From Sphingomonadaceae bacterium (lineage in GTDB: Bacteria > Pseudomonadota > Alphaproteobacteria > Sphingomonadales > Sphingomonadaceae), in NCBI GenBank assembly GCA_025359685.1, contig JANYEY010000092.1:99-64098 (forward strand): a stretch of DNA of 64,000 nt. Reading direction: 5' to 3'. The notes beneath the pieces are model-generated. The model was not told the DNA's origin. It made no database searches and worked only from the letters and a program-made list of their open reading frames with translations. Below are positions 18,427-28,735 of this stretch, in pieces (the first letter of the stretch is position 1; each line of letters begins with the position of its first letter). A program made the position numbers and the translations under genes.

Positions 18427-19317
18427 TCAGACCTTCGGCACAACCTTCCGGATCATCCCTTCTTGCGCGACGCTCGCGACCAAGCGGCCGTTCTGGGTGA
18501 ATACCCGCCCGCGGTTGAAGCCGCGGCCGCCACCGCTCCACGGGCTATCGGTGGCGTAGAGCAGCCATTCGTCGGCGCGGAATGGTTCGTGGAACCACAC
18601 CGCGTGGTCGAGGCTGGCGCTGACCACTTCGCCGCGGGCCCAGCTGAGGCCGTGGGGCAGTGCGCAGGTGCCGAGCAGGGTCATGTCGCTGGCGAAGGCG
18701 AGGATCGCGCGGTGGATGCGCGGGTCGTCGGGCAGCGGCGCGACCGCCTTGAACCATGAGTGCGAGCGCGGCGGCGCGGCGACCGGGTTCATCCAGTGGC
18801 GGCCTTCGACCGCGCGCATTTCAACCGGGCGCGGGGCGAAAAAGTGGTGCCGCGCTTCGGGACGGGCCTGTTCGGCAAACCGGCGGCGAACGTCAGCTTC
18901 GGGCTCGAGTTCTTCGGGCCCCGGCACCTCGGGCATTTCGGCATCGACGTGGTGCAGCCCTTCCTCGTGCTTCTGGAACGACGCGGTCATGCTGAAGATC
19001 GGGCGGCCTTGCTGGCTGGCGACGACGCGGCGGTTAGAAAAGCTGCCGCCGTCGAAATCGCGCTCAACCTTGTAGTCGGTCTCGTGCTCCTCGCTCCCGC
19101 CGCGCAGGAAATAGGCGTGGAGCGAATGCGCCGGGCGCGCCGGATCGACGGTCAATTCAGCAGCGCACAGCGCCTGCGCGATCACCTGCCCGCCGAACAC
19201 GCGGCCCTGCCCGCCGCGCTTCTTGCGGCCGACGAAGTGGTCATCGCCTTGGGGCTTCACCTCGAGCAGTTTGACTAGGCCGGAAACGAGCCGTTCGGGA
19301 GTAAGTTCGGGTTCCAT
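18427..19317 (-). CDS. tesB: Acyl-CoA thioesterase II
   Basis: VFGGQVIAQAL, HSLHAYFL, ASLDHAVWFH, QEG. Confidence 0.95.
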   Translation of the reverse strand: MEPELTPERLVSGLVKLLEVKPQGDDHFVGRKKRGGQGRVFGGQVIAQALCAAELTVDPARPAHSLHAYFLRGGSEEHETDYKVERDFDGGSFSNRRVVASQQGRPIFSMTASFQKHEEGLHHVDAEMPEVPGPEELEPEADVRRRFAEQARPEARHHFFAPRPVEMRAVEGRHWMNPVAAPPRSHSWFKAVAPLPDDPRIHRAILAFASDMTLLGTCALPHGLSWARGEVVSASLDHAVWFHEPFRADEWLLYATDSPWSGGGRGFNRGRVFTQNGRLVASVAQEGMIRKVVPKV

Positions 19318-19371
19318 GCCGGGGCTTTGCGTTGCGATTGAAGACGCGTCAACGGCGATTTAGCTGTCCGG

Positions 19372-20550
19372 TTAAGCGATTGGCGCCAGCCCTGCCGGAT
19401 TGCGCCGCAGTTCGGCCTTCACCAGCAGCGCAAACAGCGTCCGGCGCACCTTTCCACCGATCGCGATCGACAGGCGGCCGATTGGGCGGCGTTCGCGCCA
19501 GATGTGGTCGATCATCGGGTGATCGGCAGAAGCGCAGCTATCGCACCAGTCGATCCCCGGCTTGCCCAACAGTTCGAGGTTCTCGCGCTGAACCAGCACC
19601 CCAGGCGAGTAGCGGGCGTAGCGCTCGTCGAAGGCGGTCTTGTAGCTGAAGGCACCGGGCGGGGTGACGAAATTGGCGAGCATCGCGATCGGCTCGCCAT
19701 CCAGGATCAGCGTCAAGCGCTCCAGCCGGCCTGAGGTGGCGGCGCCGAACAGCGCTTCCTTGAACATCCGCGTGGTGGTCTGGTGCGAGGCGATGGCTGA
19801 GCCATTGGTGCCCTTCCAGCCCGAATGCTCGAGCGCGAGGAAGTCTTCGATCCACCGCGCGAGGTGCCCATCCCCGGTGGTGCGGGTCATGCTGACCTCG
19901 CCGAGTTCGGCCAGCCGGTTGAACTGGCGGCGCAGCTCTTTGCGCTTCTTGCCCGAGAGCGAGGCCTCGAAATAGGCCTCGGGAGTAAGGTCGGAAGCGA
20001 GCATCGCGCGGTCTTCGCGGTGAACCGTGGCTGCGAGGCGGTCCTGCTCGGCCAGCACCGCCCGCAGGGCCTCGTAAAGCGGCCCGGACAGCGGCATCTG
20101 CGAGAGATGGAGGAAGAGTGCTGCGCCAGCGTTCTCGTCTGTCCATTTGAGTAGTGCCCGCCAGAATTCCCGCTCCAGACCGCGCGCGACCAGTGGCGCG
20201 CCAAGAAAACAGTTGGGATGGACCCAGCTGGCAAGGTGGGGAATCGGTCGGTGATAATAGCGCCTTGAGCTTTGCACAGGCAGCAACCCGGCGAGCTCCC
20301 TACCGGCTTCGAAGCGCAGGATGCTGATCTGGCCGTCCGGATCGAAAGCGCGCAGTGCGGCTAGAAGGTACCAGCTCTCATGGAAGGGATTGGGTTCGGC
20401 GGTGCAGGCGGCGAGGGCATCCCAGGCCAGGCGCGCGCCGGGCGTGTCCAGTTCGCGCCAGCTCACTGCCCGCAAGTCGAGCGGGCACGGCGCGCCGGGT
20501 GCTGGCGCCTGGACTGCAAGGTCCGTTTCTGCAATCGCGCTACTGGCCAA
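19372..20550 (-). CDS. GNAT family acetyltransferase (CelD/BcsL-like)
   Basis: NPF, LSGKKRKELRR, LEHSGWKG, YKTAFDE...SPG; TTG start. Confidence 0.85.
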   Translation of the reverse strand: MASSAIAETDLAVQAPAPGAPCPLDLRAVSWRELDTPGARLAWDALAACTAEPNPFHESWYLLAALRAFDPDGQISILRFEAGRELAGLLPVQSSRRYYHRPIPHLASWVHPNCFLGAPLVARGLEREFWRALLKWTDENAGAALFLHLSQMPLSGPLYEALRAVLAEQDRLAATVHREDRAMLASDLTPEAYFEASLSGKKRKELRRQFNRLAELGEVSMTRTTGDGHLARWIEDFLALEHSGWKGTNGSAIASHQTTTRMFKEALFGAATSGRLERLTLILDGEPIAMLANFVTPPGAFSYKTAFDERYARYSPGVLVQRENLELLGKPGIDWCDSCASADHPMIDHIWRERRPIGRLSIAIGGKVRRTLFALLVKAELRRNPAGLAPIA

Positions 20551-20559
20551 GCGCCTCAG

Positions 20560-20593
20560 CCTCCACCGCGGCGGGACATCCGCCGGGTGGAGG
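20560..20593 (-). other. Strong hairpin in the GNAT gene 5' leader
   Basis: CCTCCACC-GCGGCGG...CCGCCG-GGTGGAGG; its base abuts the ribosome-binding region. Confidence 0.6.
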
Positions 20594-20626
20594 GTCTAGC
20601 GCCGAAACGCCAAGGAATGGCTAACG

Positions 20627-20669
20627 AAAACCCCGCCCGGCCAATCCTCGAAAGGGGGCCGGACGGGGT
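20627..20669 (-). terminator. Terminator after hppA
   Basis: ACCCCGCCCGGCC...GGCCGGACGGGGT with a T run on the minus strand. Confidence 0.65.
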
Positions 20670-20692
20670 GGTTTCGTGTCGGACCTGCCGGA

Positions 20693-22801
20693 TCAGCGCG
20701 CGGCGTAAAGCGCAGCGAGCAGAAGCAGGGCGACGATGTTGGTGATCTTGATCATCGGATTGACCGCAGGACCGGCCGTATCCTTGTAGGGGTCGCCCAC
20801 CGTGTCGCCGGTCACCGCAGCCTTGTGGGCTTCAGAGCCCTTGCCGCCGTGGTGGCCGTCTTCGATGAACTTCTTGGCGTTATCCCAGGCGCCGCCGCCC
20901 GAGGTCATCGAGATCGCGACGAACAGGCCGCCCACGATCACGCCCAGCAGCAGCGCGCCAAGCGCGGCAAAGCCCTCGGCCTGACCCGCCACCGCAGTGA
21001 TCACGAAATAGACCACGATCGGGGCGAGCACTGGCAGCAGCGACGGCACGATCATTTCGCGGATCGCCGCCTTGGTGACGAGATCGACGGTGCGGGCGTA
21101 GTCGGGCTTGGACTCGAAGGTCATGATGCCCGGATCGTTCTTGAACTGGTCGCGAACATCCTTGACCACTTCACCAGCAGCGCGACCAACCGCGGTCATG
21201 CCCATCGAACCGAACAGGTACGGGAGCAGGGCGCCGAGCAGCAGGCCAACGATGACATAGGGGTTTTCCAGGCTGAAGCTGACGTTCAGATCCGGGAAGA
21301 ACTCCTTGAGGTCGGTCGTATAGGCGGCGAACAGCACCAGCGCGGCGAGGCCGGCCGATCCGATCGCATAGCCCTTGGTCACAGCCTTGGTGGTGTTGCC
21401 GACCGCGTCGAGCGCGTCAGTCTTCTGGCGCACATCGTCATCGAGACCCGCCATTTCGGCAATGCCGCCGGCGTTGTCGGTCACCGGACCATATGCGTCG
21501 AGCGCCACGACCATACCGGCCAGCGCCAGCATTGCGGTAGCTGCATAGGCAATCCCCATCAGGCCCGCGAGCTTGAAGGCGATGATGATGCCAGCGCAGA
21601 TCACCAAGGTGGGCAGCGCAGTCGATTCCATCGAAATCGCCAGACCCTGGATCACATTGGTGCCGTGGCCGGTTTCCGAAGCCTTGGCGATCGAGCGGAC
21701 CGGGCGGTAGTTGGTGCCGGTGTAATACTCGGTGATCCAGATGATCAGCCCGGTGATGACAAGGCCGAGGAACGCGCAATAGAACAGGTCCATGCCGGTA
21801 TAGGCATTGCCGTTGGCGAGAGTGCCAATATCGGCTTTGAGATCGTGAAGGGCAAAATCCATCGCCCAGAAGATCGCTCCGACCGACAGGACGGCGGTGA
21901 CGAGGAAGCCCTTGTACATCGCGCCCATGATGTTTTTACCGCCACCGAGACGGACAAAGTAAGTGCCGATGATCGAGGTAACGATGCAGACGCCGCCGAT
22001 CAGCAGCGGCAGCGCCATCAGCGCCATCAGGTTTTCCGCGCCCTTAAGCAGCAGTGCGGTCAGCACCATGGTCGCACCGACAGTGACGACATAGGTTTCG
22101 AACAAGTCGGCGGCCATACCGGCGCAATCGCCGACATTGTCGCCCACGTTATCGGCGATAACCGCCGGGTTGCGGGGATCGTCCTCGGGGATACCCGCTT
22201 CGACCTTGCCGACAAGGTCAGCGCCGACGTCGGCAGCTTTGGTGAAGATCCCGCCGCCGAGACGCGCGAAGATCGAGATCAGCGAAGCGCCAAAGGCTAG
22301 CGCGGTAAGCGCCTGGACCACGGTACGGTCATCCTGGCCGACGGTGTAACCTGCGACATAGACGAGGTAATAATAGAACACCGCGATCGCGAGCAGCGCG
22401 AGCCCGGCCACCAGCATGCCGGTGATTGCACCTGCACGGAATGCCAGCGTCAGGCCATTCTGCAGCCCGACTTGCGCCGCCGCAGCGGTGCGCACGTTCG
22501 ACCGGACCGAGATGTTCATCCCGATGAAGCCCGCGACGCCCGACAGGATCGCACCGATCAGAAAGCCGATCGCGGAGATCTTGCCGAGGAACACAGCGAC
22601 GATCACTGCAACCACCACGCCAACGATGGCGATGGTGGTGTATTGGCGCTTCAGATAGGCCTGTGCGCCCTCTTGAATGGCTGCTGCAATCTCTTGCATC
22701 TTTGCATTGCCAGCTGATGCGCTAAGCACCTGCCGGCTGGTGACGAAGCCATAAACGATGGCTGTCAGTCCCAGAATAATTGCGATCGTGACAAGATTCA
22801 C
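20693..22801 (-). CDS. hppA: Membrane-bound H+-translocating pyrophosphatase, K+-independent type
   Basis: [35 protein letters not shown] (Lys at the K+-dependence position), [10 protein letters not shown]. Confidence 0.97.
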   Translation of the reverse strand: MNLVTIAIILGLTAIVYGFVTSRQVLSASAGNAKMQEIAAAIQEGAQAYLKRQYTTIAIVGVVVAVIVAVFLGKISAIGFLIGAILSGVAGFIGMNISVRSNVRTAAAAQVGLQNGLTLAFRAGAITGMLVAGLALLAIAVFYYYLVYVAGYTVGQDDRTVVQALTALAFGASLISIFARLGGGIFTKAADVGADLVGKVEAGIPEDDPRNPAVIADNVGDNVGDCAGMAADLFETYVVTVGATMVLTALLLKGAENLMALMALPLLIGGVCIVTSIIGTYFVRLGGGKNIMGAMYKGFLVTAVLSVGAIFWAMDFALHDLKADIGTLANGNAYTGMDLFYCAFLGLVITGLIIWITEYYTGTNYRPVRSIAKASETGHGTNVIQGLAISMESTALPTLVICAGIIIAFKLAGLMGIAYAATAMLALAGMVVALDAYGPVTDNAGGIAEMAGLDDDVRQKTDALDAVGNTTKAVTKGYAIGSAGLAALVLFAAYTTDLKEFFPDLNVSFSLENPYVIVGLLLGALLPYLFGSMGMTAVGRAAGEVVKDVRDQFKNDPGIMTFESKPDYARTVDLVTKAAIREMIVPSLLPVLAPIVVYFVITAVAGQAEGFAALGALLLGVIVGGLFVAISMTSGGGAWDNAKKFIEDGHHGGKGSEAHKAAVTGDTVGDPYKDTAGPAVNPMIKITNIVALLLLAALYAAR

Positions 22802-22917
22802 GGGACGCTCCCCCTAATTGTTGCTGTTCATAACCAAAGCCCCGCAAAGCGGGGCGGCGGGCAAGCTATAGGGCGGATTCGGCGCAATGCAACGCCGTTG
22901 CGGCGCGTTGTGCAGAG

Positions 22918-23787
22918 CTATGAACCGTGCTGGTACCCCAGCTTGCCGGTGGGCACCTTGCCATCGAGCAGAAGTGCCGCTGGGCCCCGCGTGTGAACTT
23001 GCCCGATGCGGTGCACGGGCACCAGGAACGTGCTGCCGGGCGGTGCGGTGAACAATAGCTGGTAATCCTCGCCCCAGCGCAGGGCCTCGTCACGCCTGTC
23101 TTCGGGGGTGGCGATCGGCACCGCACTGCGGTCAATGTCGATCGTCACGTCCGAAGCTGCGGCCATGCGGCTGGCATCGAGCAGCAGCCCGTCGGACACG
23201 TCCATCATTGCGCTGACCAGCGGGGCGAGGGCACGCCCTTCGGCCAGAAGCGCGGCCGGGCGGCGGTATGCCAGACTCTCGCCATGACCGTTCCTGAGCG
23301 CTTCGAGGCCCAGCATGGCGGCGCCCACGGGTCCGGTGATCCACAATTCGTCACCCGCCTGCGCCCCGCTGCGCGAAGGCGCCGGTTGATAAGTCGCGCG
23401 GCCCAATGCAGTCAGTCCGAGGACCTGCGCGCTGCTTGCTGCGATAGTGTCCCCGCCCAGCAGCGGCACATTGTAGCACGCCAGCACTTCGGCAAGGCCT
23501 GCTACAAACCGGTCGTCGTTTGTCCCAAGCTGGTAGCCAAGCAGCACGCCCACTGGCTCAGCGCCTTTGGCGGCAAGGTCGGAAAGGTTGGTGGCAACCA
23601 GCTTCCACGCCACGTCGGCGGGATCTTGACCACGCAGGAAATGCACACCCTCAGCCATTGCGTCGTGGGTGAGGACCAAGGTTTCGGAGCCGAGCTCAAG
23701 CACTGCGCAGTCATCGTTCAGGCCGCGCGCTGCCGGATGCGTGGCCAGGGCGCGCAATGCTGAAATGAAGGCGCTCTCGGCGCTCAG
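22918..23787 (-). CDS. thiL: Thiamine-phosphate kinase (probable CTG start; TTG at 23757 is the alternative)
   Basis: DDCA, NLSDLAAKGA, GGDT, DVSDGL, GEDYQL; follows nusB; N-terminal SAESAFISAL lies upstream of the TTG. Confidence 0.93.
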   Translation of the reverse strand: MSAESAFISALRALATHPAARGLNDDCAVLELGSETLVLTHDAMAEGVHFLRGQDPADVAWKLVATNLSDLAAKGAEPVGVLLGYQLGTNDDRFVAGLAEVLACYNVPLLGGDTIAASSAQVLGLTALGRATYQPAPSRSGAQAGDELWITGPVGAAMLGLEALRNGHGESLAYRRPAALLAEGRALAPLVSAMMDVSDGLLLDASRMAAASDVTIDIDRSAVPIATPEDRRDEALRWGEDYQLLFTAPPGSTFLVPVHRIGQVHTRGPAALLLDGKVPTGKLGYQHGS

Positions 23788-24230
23788 CTGCGCACCACCT
23801 TGGCCACCGCGTCGAGCAATCCGTTGACGAATTTGGCTTCGCGCGGTTCGAAAAAGGCGTGAGCTACGTCGACATATTCGGTGATGACTGTGCCGATCGG
23901 CACATCGGCGCGGGCGAGCAGTTCGAAGGTCCCGGCGCGCAGGACCTGGAGCAGCGTCTTGTCGAGCCGTTCGAGCTTCCAGCCGGTCGCCAGCTTGTCC
24001 GCCAGCAAGAGGTCGATCTCGTCGCGGCGCGCGCTTACGCCTTGGACCACGTCGTCGAAGAACGCGACTTCGGCCTGCGCATATTGGTCGCCCTCGATCT
24101 CCGCACCGAGCCGGTGGCGGTGGAATTCATCAAGCAACTGGGCCATCGCCGTTGCTTCCATGTCGAGCTGATAAAGTGCCTGCACGGCGGCGAGCCGCGC
24201 GGCTGAGCGGGCCTTTGAACGCGCCTTCAT
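23784..24230 (-). CDS. nusB: Transcription antitermination factor NusB
   Basis: RSAARLAAVQALYQ...FVNGLLD. Confidence 0.97.
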   Translation of the reverse strand: MKARSKARSAARLAAVQALYQLDMEATAMAQLLDEFHRHRLGAEIEGDQYAQAEVAFFDDVVQGVSARRDEIDLLLADKLATGWKLERLDKTLLQVLRAGTFELLARADVPIGTVITEYVDVAHAFFEPREAKFVNGLLDAVAKVVRS

Positions 24231-25519
24231 ATACCAAGTCTCACTTCGATCGAACGGGCGTGGGCCGGGAGGCCCTCGGCCTCTGCCAGCTGGATAGCGG
24301 CAGGACCGATCGCCTTGAGGGCATCCTCGTCAAGCTGGATGAAGCTGGTCCGCTTCATGAAATCGAGCACCGACAGCCCCGAAGAAAACCGCGCGCGGCG
24401 GCCGGTGGGAAGTACGTGGTTGGGCCCGGCGACATAGTCCCCGACCGCCTCAGGAGTCATCCGCCCGAGGAATACCGAACCGGCGTGGCGGATCTGCTTG
24501 AACAGCTTTTCCGGGGCCTCGACCGACAGCTGGACGTGTTCGGCAGCGAGTGCGTTGGCGAGGGCAGGCGCTTCGTCGAGGCTCGCAACTTCGATGATCA
24601 CGCCATAGTTCTTCCAGCTTTCGCTGGCCACGCGGGCGCTCGGCAGCATTGCCAGTTCGACCCCGATCCGGTCGGCGACATTGTCGGCAAAAACCGGATC
24701 GTCGGTGATCATGATCGATTGCGCAGCGGGATCATGCTCGGCCTGGCTGAGCAGGTCGGCGGCGGCCCATTCGGGATCATTCTGTCCGTCAGCGATCAGC
24801 AGGATTTCGCTCGGGCCCGCAACCATGTCGATCCCGACCACGCCGTAAAGCTGGCGCTTGGCTTCGGCGACCCAGGCATTGCCCGGGCCGACCACGACGT
24901 CGACCGGCTTGATCCGCTCGGTACCATACGCCAGCGCGGCTACTGCTTGCGCGCCGCCGATGCGCCAGACTTCGTCCACCCCGGCCAGATGCGCGGCCGC
25001 CAGGACCAGCTGGTTCACTTCGCCCTTGGGCGTTGGGGTTGCCACCACCAGCCGCTCGACCCCGGCAACCTTGGCGGGAATTGCATTCATCAGCAGCGAC
25101 GAGGGATAGGCCGCGCGGCCACCCGGCACGTAGAGTCCTGCTGCATCGACCGCCCGCCAGCGTGCACCCATCCGGACGCCGACCTCGTCAGTCTCCTCGC
25201 GGTTCTTGGGGAGCTGCTTTTCGTGGAAGGCGCGGATGCGCTGTGCGGCAAGTTCGAGCGCAGCGCGCAAGTCAGGCTTCAAACCATCGAATGCCTCACG
25301 GCACAGATCGAGCGAGACCTGCCACGAAGAGTCATCCGCCAGCGTGTGCTTGTCGAACTTGGCAGTGCAGTCGATCACCGCCGCATCGCCGCGATTTTTG
25401 ACGTCGCTGAGGATCACCGAGACATCGCGCGCGACATGCTCGTCGCTCTCGCGCCGGTCGGCGACGAGGCGGCGGAAGGCGGTCTCGAAACCGGGATCGC
25501 TGGAATTGAGGCGGAGCAT
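24227..25519 (-). CDS. hisD: Histidinol dehydrogenase
   Basis: GLYVPGG, GPGN, AGPSE, QAEH, GDYVAGPNHVLPT. Confidence 0.98.
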   Translation of the reverse strand: MLRLNSSDPGFETAFRRLVADRRESDEHVARDVSVILSDVKNRGDAAVIDCTAKFDKHTLADDSSWQVSLDLCREAFDGLKPDLRAALELAAQRIRAFHEKQLPKNREETDEVGVRMGARWRAVDAAGLYVPGGRAAYPSSLLMNAIPAKVAGVERLVVATPTPKGEVNQLVLAAAHLAGVDEVWRIGGAQAVAALAYGTERIKPVDVVVGPGNAWVAEAKRQLYGVVGIDMVAGPSEILLIADGQNDPEWAAADLLSQAEHDPAAQSIMITDDPVFADNVADRIGVELAMLPSARVASESWKNYGVIIEVASLDEAPALANALAAEHVQLSVEAPEKLFKQIRHAGSVFLGRMTPEAVGDYVAGPNHVLPTGRRARFSSGLSVLDFMKRTSFIQLDEDALKAIGPAAIQLAEAEGLPAHARSIEVRLGI

Positions 25520-26175
25520 CAGGCCGCCTTCGCTTCGCTGACAAGCGCGCGGAAACGTTCGACCAGCGCCGCGACACGTTCGTCGGTCTTGAGCGCAGCG
25601 CGGTTGACGATCAGGCGCGCGGTGATCTGCAGGATCGTCGCGGTTTCAGCCAGACCATTGTCCTTGAGCGTCTGACCCGAGGACACTAGATCGACGATCC
25701 GGCTGGCGAGGCCGAGGCCCGGCGCCAGCTCCATCGCGCCGTTCAATTTGACCACTTCGGCCTGGATCCCTTGCCGCTCAAAGTGGCGGCGGGTCAGGTT
25801 AGGGTATTTGCTGGCGACGCGCAGGTGGCTTGAATGACCGCTGGCGGACTGCTGCCCGGCCGGCTGCGCAACTGAAAGCCGGCAATGGCCGATGTCGAGA
25901 TCGACCGGCGCGTAAAGATCGGGGTAAGCGAATTCCTCGACCACATCGGAACCGACAATCCCGACCGAAGCCGCGCCGTGAGCAACGAAAGTCGCCACAT
26001 CGAACGCGCGAACGCGGATTATTCGCATATCACTGCCCTTACAGCCGAACGACAGTGCACGGTTGCTCTTGTCGTGAAACGCGGCCTCGGGCACTACCCC
26101 GGCGCGCGCCATCAGCGGCAGCGCTTCATCGAGGATGCGGCCCTTGGGTACGGCGAAGATCAGCGGCTGCGGCAT
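25519..26175 (-). CDS. hisG: ATP phosphoribosyltransferase, short form
   Basis: [23 protein letters not shown]; 218 aa. Confidence 0.97.
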   Translation of the reverse strand: MPQPLIFAVPKGRILDEALPLMARAGVVPEAAFHDKSNRALSFGCKGSDMRIIRVRAFDVATFVAHGAASVGIVGSDVVEEFAYPDLYAPVDLDIGHCRLSVAQPAGQQSASGHSSHLRVASKYPNLTRRHFERQGIQAEVVKLNGAMELAPGLGLASRIVDLVSSGQTLKDNGLAETATILQITARLIVNRAALKTDERVAALVERFRALVSEAKAA

Positions 26176-26233
26176 AGGACGCGGGCCTTAGGGTGCGGGG
26201 GCAAAAAGGGCAAGAACCCCTGCGGCAGGTATC

Positions 26234-26245
26234 TTGTGCAGCGCA
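26234..26245 (-). promoter_or_regulatory. PhaR-type operator between hisG and the DUF2332 gene
   Basis: TGCGCTGCACAA fits TGCRNYGCASMA. Confidence 0.45.
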
Positions 26246-26300
26246 ACAAAAAGGCGCATGCCATTCGCATCTGCAACAATAAGCAGCAGGAGGGACGGCT

Positions 26301-27398
26301 ATGACCGAGCCTTATAAATTCATCGATATCAACGCTAGCGGCCCGGGCATTGTCGCTGCGGCCTTTGACAATCAAGTGGCCTATTGCACCTCGTCGGGGG
26401 CAGCGGTCACGGCCCGCGTCGTTGCGGCCCTGCGCGACCTGATCGAGAGCAGCGAAACCGGCGAACTGCTCGACCGGATTCGCAATTGGCCAGGTGCGCC
26501 GCTCGCCGATGCCGTGCCGCTGCGGATCGCGGGCGGGATCCATTCGCTGCACCTGAAGTGGTCCGAACCGGCGCTGGCGGATATCTACACCAACCAGCCG
26601 GGCAGCGACGACACGGCCATAATTGCCGCCGCAATCCGCCGCCATGAACCCGAACTGCTTCCGTGGCTTGACGGTCCACCGCAGACCAACGAAGCCGGGC
26701 GTTCGGCCAACTTCATCGCGGCGATGCTGTGGCTGGCCGATCAGGGTCTGCCGCCGCGCTTCGAATGCCTGGAGATCGGTTCGAGCGCAGGGATCAACCT
26801 GATGCTTGATCGTTATCGCTACGACCTGGGCGGGGTGGAGGTCGGGCCGGAGCCCGGTGCGATCCGCTTCCAGCCCGAATGGCAAGGCGATGCGCCGCCG
26901 GACCGGAAGATCGAAATTGTCTCGACCCGCGGCTGCGATGTGGCTCCGGTTGATCTGACCGACCCCGAACAGGCGACCCGGCTCAAGGCCTACATCTGGC
27001 CCGAACACACTGTCCGGTTCGAACGGATGGAAGCCGCCATTATCGAGGCCACGAAGCGCTCGCCCGATCTCGTCCGGATGAACGCCGCAGATTTCGTCGA
27101 GGCTGAACTGGCGCGGCCGCAAGAGGCCGGGACCACCCGGATGCTGATGCATTCGATCGTCTGGCAATATGTGCCCGAAGACCAGCAGGCCCGGGTCACC
27201 GCTGCGATGGAAGCAGCGGGTGCGCGTGCCACGCCTGAACGGCCGCTCGTCTGGGTGGCGCTGGAGGCCAACCGGGTGATGCACATCCATGAGATGGTGG
27301 TGCGTTACTGGCCGGGCGGGGAGCAAGGCGTGGTTGTCACCCGCGCGCACCCGCACGGGGCGTGGCTTGGCTGGCTTGGCAGCGACCGGACGATCTAA
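26301..27398 (+). CDS. DUF2332 family protein
   Basis: PQTNEAGRS, EIGSSAGINL, LKAYIWPE, HSIVWQY, AHPHG; AGGAGG RBS. Confidence 0.85.
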   Translation: MTEPYKFIDINASGPGIVAAAFDNQVAYCTSSGAAVTARVVAALRDLIESSETGELLDRIRNWPGAPLADAVPLRIAGGIHSLHLKWSEPALADIYTNQPGSDDTAIIAAAIRRHEPELLPWLDGPPQTNEAGRSANFIAAMLWLADQGLPPRFECLEIGSSAGINLMLDRYRYDLGGVEVGPEPGAIRFQPEWQGDAPPDRKIEIVSTRGCDVAPVDLTDPEQATRLKAYIWPEHTVRFERMEAAIIEATKRSPDLVRMNAADFVEAELARPQEAGTTRMLMHSIVWQYVPEDQQARVTAAMEAAGARATPERPLVWVALEANRVMHIHEMVVRYWPGGEQGVVVTRAHPHGAWLGWLGSDRTI

Positions 27399-28735
27399 CG
27401 GCCTAGTTCCCGCGCCGCCTCGCGCGCCAGACGGCGTTCGCGGCGACGTTCGTTGCGGACCCGCGCCCAGGTGCCGATGCGCCAGCCGCGTGCCTCCCAG
27501 CGCTCGACCCAGCCGCCGTGGTACGATATCCATTCCTGATAAGCGGTGAGCAGCAGCACCAGCGTGCAGGCTAGCGAAAGCCCGGAGGGGGTCATCGGCA
27601 GCCACCAGTTCCACAGCCCCAGTGGCACAATCAACACTGTCGCAATGAGGTGCGAGAAGGGGAAGTTGCCGAGCGAATTGGCCGAACTCTTGAACAGACC
27701 GACCCCGATCAGGAACAACAGCAGCCCGCCGCCCTGAACCGCGACGAATGTGCGCGAGGCTGGATGGTCCCATTCTTCCAGCAGCAGCGCATCGGCCACC
27801 GCACAGATCACGATGCCCAGCACGATCGGCATGTGCAGATAGGTATAGGCGTTGCGCGCCATCCTGCCCGCCTGGGCATGTCCGGCGATCATCCGCGCGC
27901 CGCGTTCGGCACCCAGATCGAAGTACAGCCACCACATCAGCGCCGAGCCGAAAAACGCGACCACCAGCGCTGCGACCCGGCCCAACTCCATTGGCAAGCC
28001 GGCAAAGCTGGCGCCGGTCACAACGATTCCTTCGCCCAGCGCAATGATGATGAACAGCGAGCAGCGCTCGGCCATGTGGCTGCCGGATATGTTCCAGTCA
28101 CTAAGCGTCGAGTGACCGAGCCAGGGTACCCTGAACAGCGCAATGGGACCGGCATATTCGATGGCGAGCGCCGCGGCCCAGCAGACCAGCTGCATGGTGT
28201 GCCCGGCGATGCCGCCATAGATCCAGAACAGGCTAGACGAGGAAAACCAGATTGTGATCCGCCACATGTTGACGGTGTTGTGCGCGTCTTCGCTGCGAAA
28301 CATCAGCGCCACAACGGTGCTGCGCCCGACCTGCAGGGCAACGTAGGATGCGGCGAACACCAAGCCCCTGTCGCCAAAAGCGCGCGGCAGGGCCACGGCC
28401 ATGGCCAGGCTCAAGAACATCAATGCTAGCAGCAGCAGCCTCACCGGGATCCGTTCCGGGTTGAGCCAGTTCGCCGCCCAAGTGGTATACATCCATGCCC
28501 ACCACACCGCGAGGAACAGCAGGGCGCCTTCGATCAGTCCGACGGGGTCAAGGTGGTGGTGAACGAAGCCCGAAATCTGCGTGATCGCAAACACATAGAC
28601 GAGGTCGAAGAACAGTTCGAGGTTGCTGACAGGAGCATGGCCGCCGCCGTGGTTGCGCAGCAGCGAGCGCCGCGCCGCCTGCGCCGCGGCGACCACCGCG
28701 GCGCCCATTCCGCCGCGCCGCGGTTCAGTCGCCAT
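27395..28735 (-). CDS. ltrA: Low temperature requirement protein A family membrane protein
   Basis: LELFFDLVYVFA, WWAW, HMAERCSLFIIIALGE, WWLYF. Confidence 0.88.
   Translation of the reverse strand: MATEPRRGGMGAAVVAAAQAARRSLLRNHGGGHAPVSNLELFFDLVYVFAITQISGFVHHHLDPVGLIEGALLFLAVWWAWMYTTWAANWLNPERIPVRLLLLALMFLSLAMAVALPRAFGDRGLVFAASYVALQVGRSTVVALMFRSEDAHNTVNMWRITIWFSSSSLFWIYGGIAGHTMQLVCWAAALAIEYAGPIALFRVPWLGHSTLSDWNISGSHMAERCSLFIIIALGEGIVVTGASFAGLPMELGRVAALVVAFFGSALMWWLYFDLGAERGARMIAGHAQAGRMARNAYTYLHMPIVLGIVICAVADALLLEEWDHPASRTFVAVQGGGLLLFLIGVGLFKSSANSLGNFPFSHLIATVLIVPLGLWNWWLPMTPSGLSLACTLVLLLTAYQEWISYHGGWVERWEARGWRIGTWARVRNERRRERRLAREAARELGR

Noticed and set aside
20825-22300. 491-aa plus-strand ORF
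   Set aside because: Antisense shadow of hppA caused by high-GC codon bias
24152-25675. 507-aa plus-strand ORF
   Set aside because: Antisense shadow of hisD
26160-27935. 591-aa minus-strand ORF
   Set aside because: Off-frame in ltrA and antisense to DUF2332; no recognisable motifs
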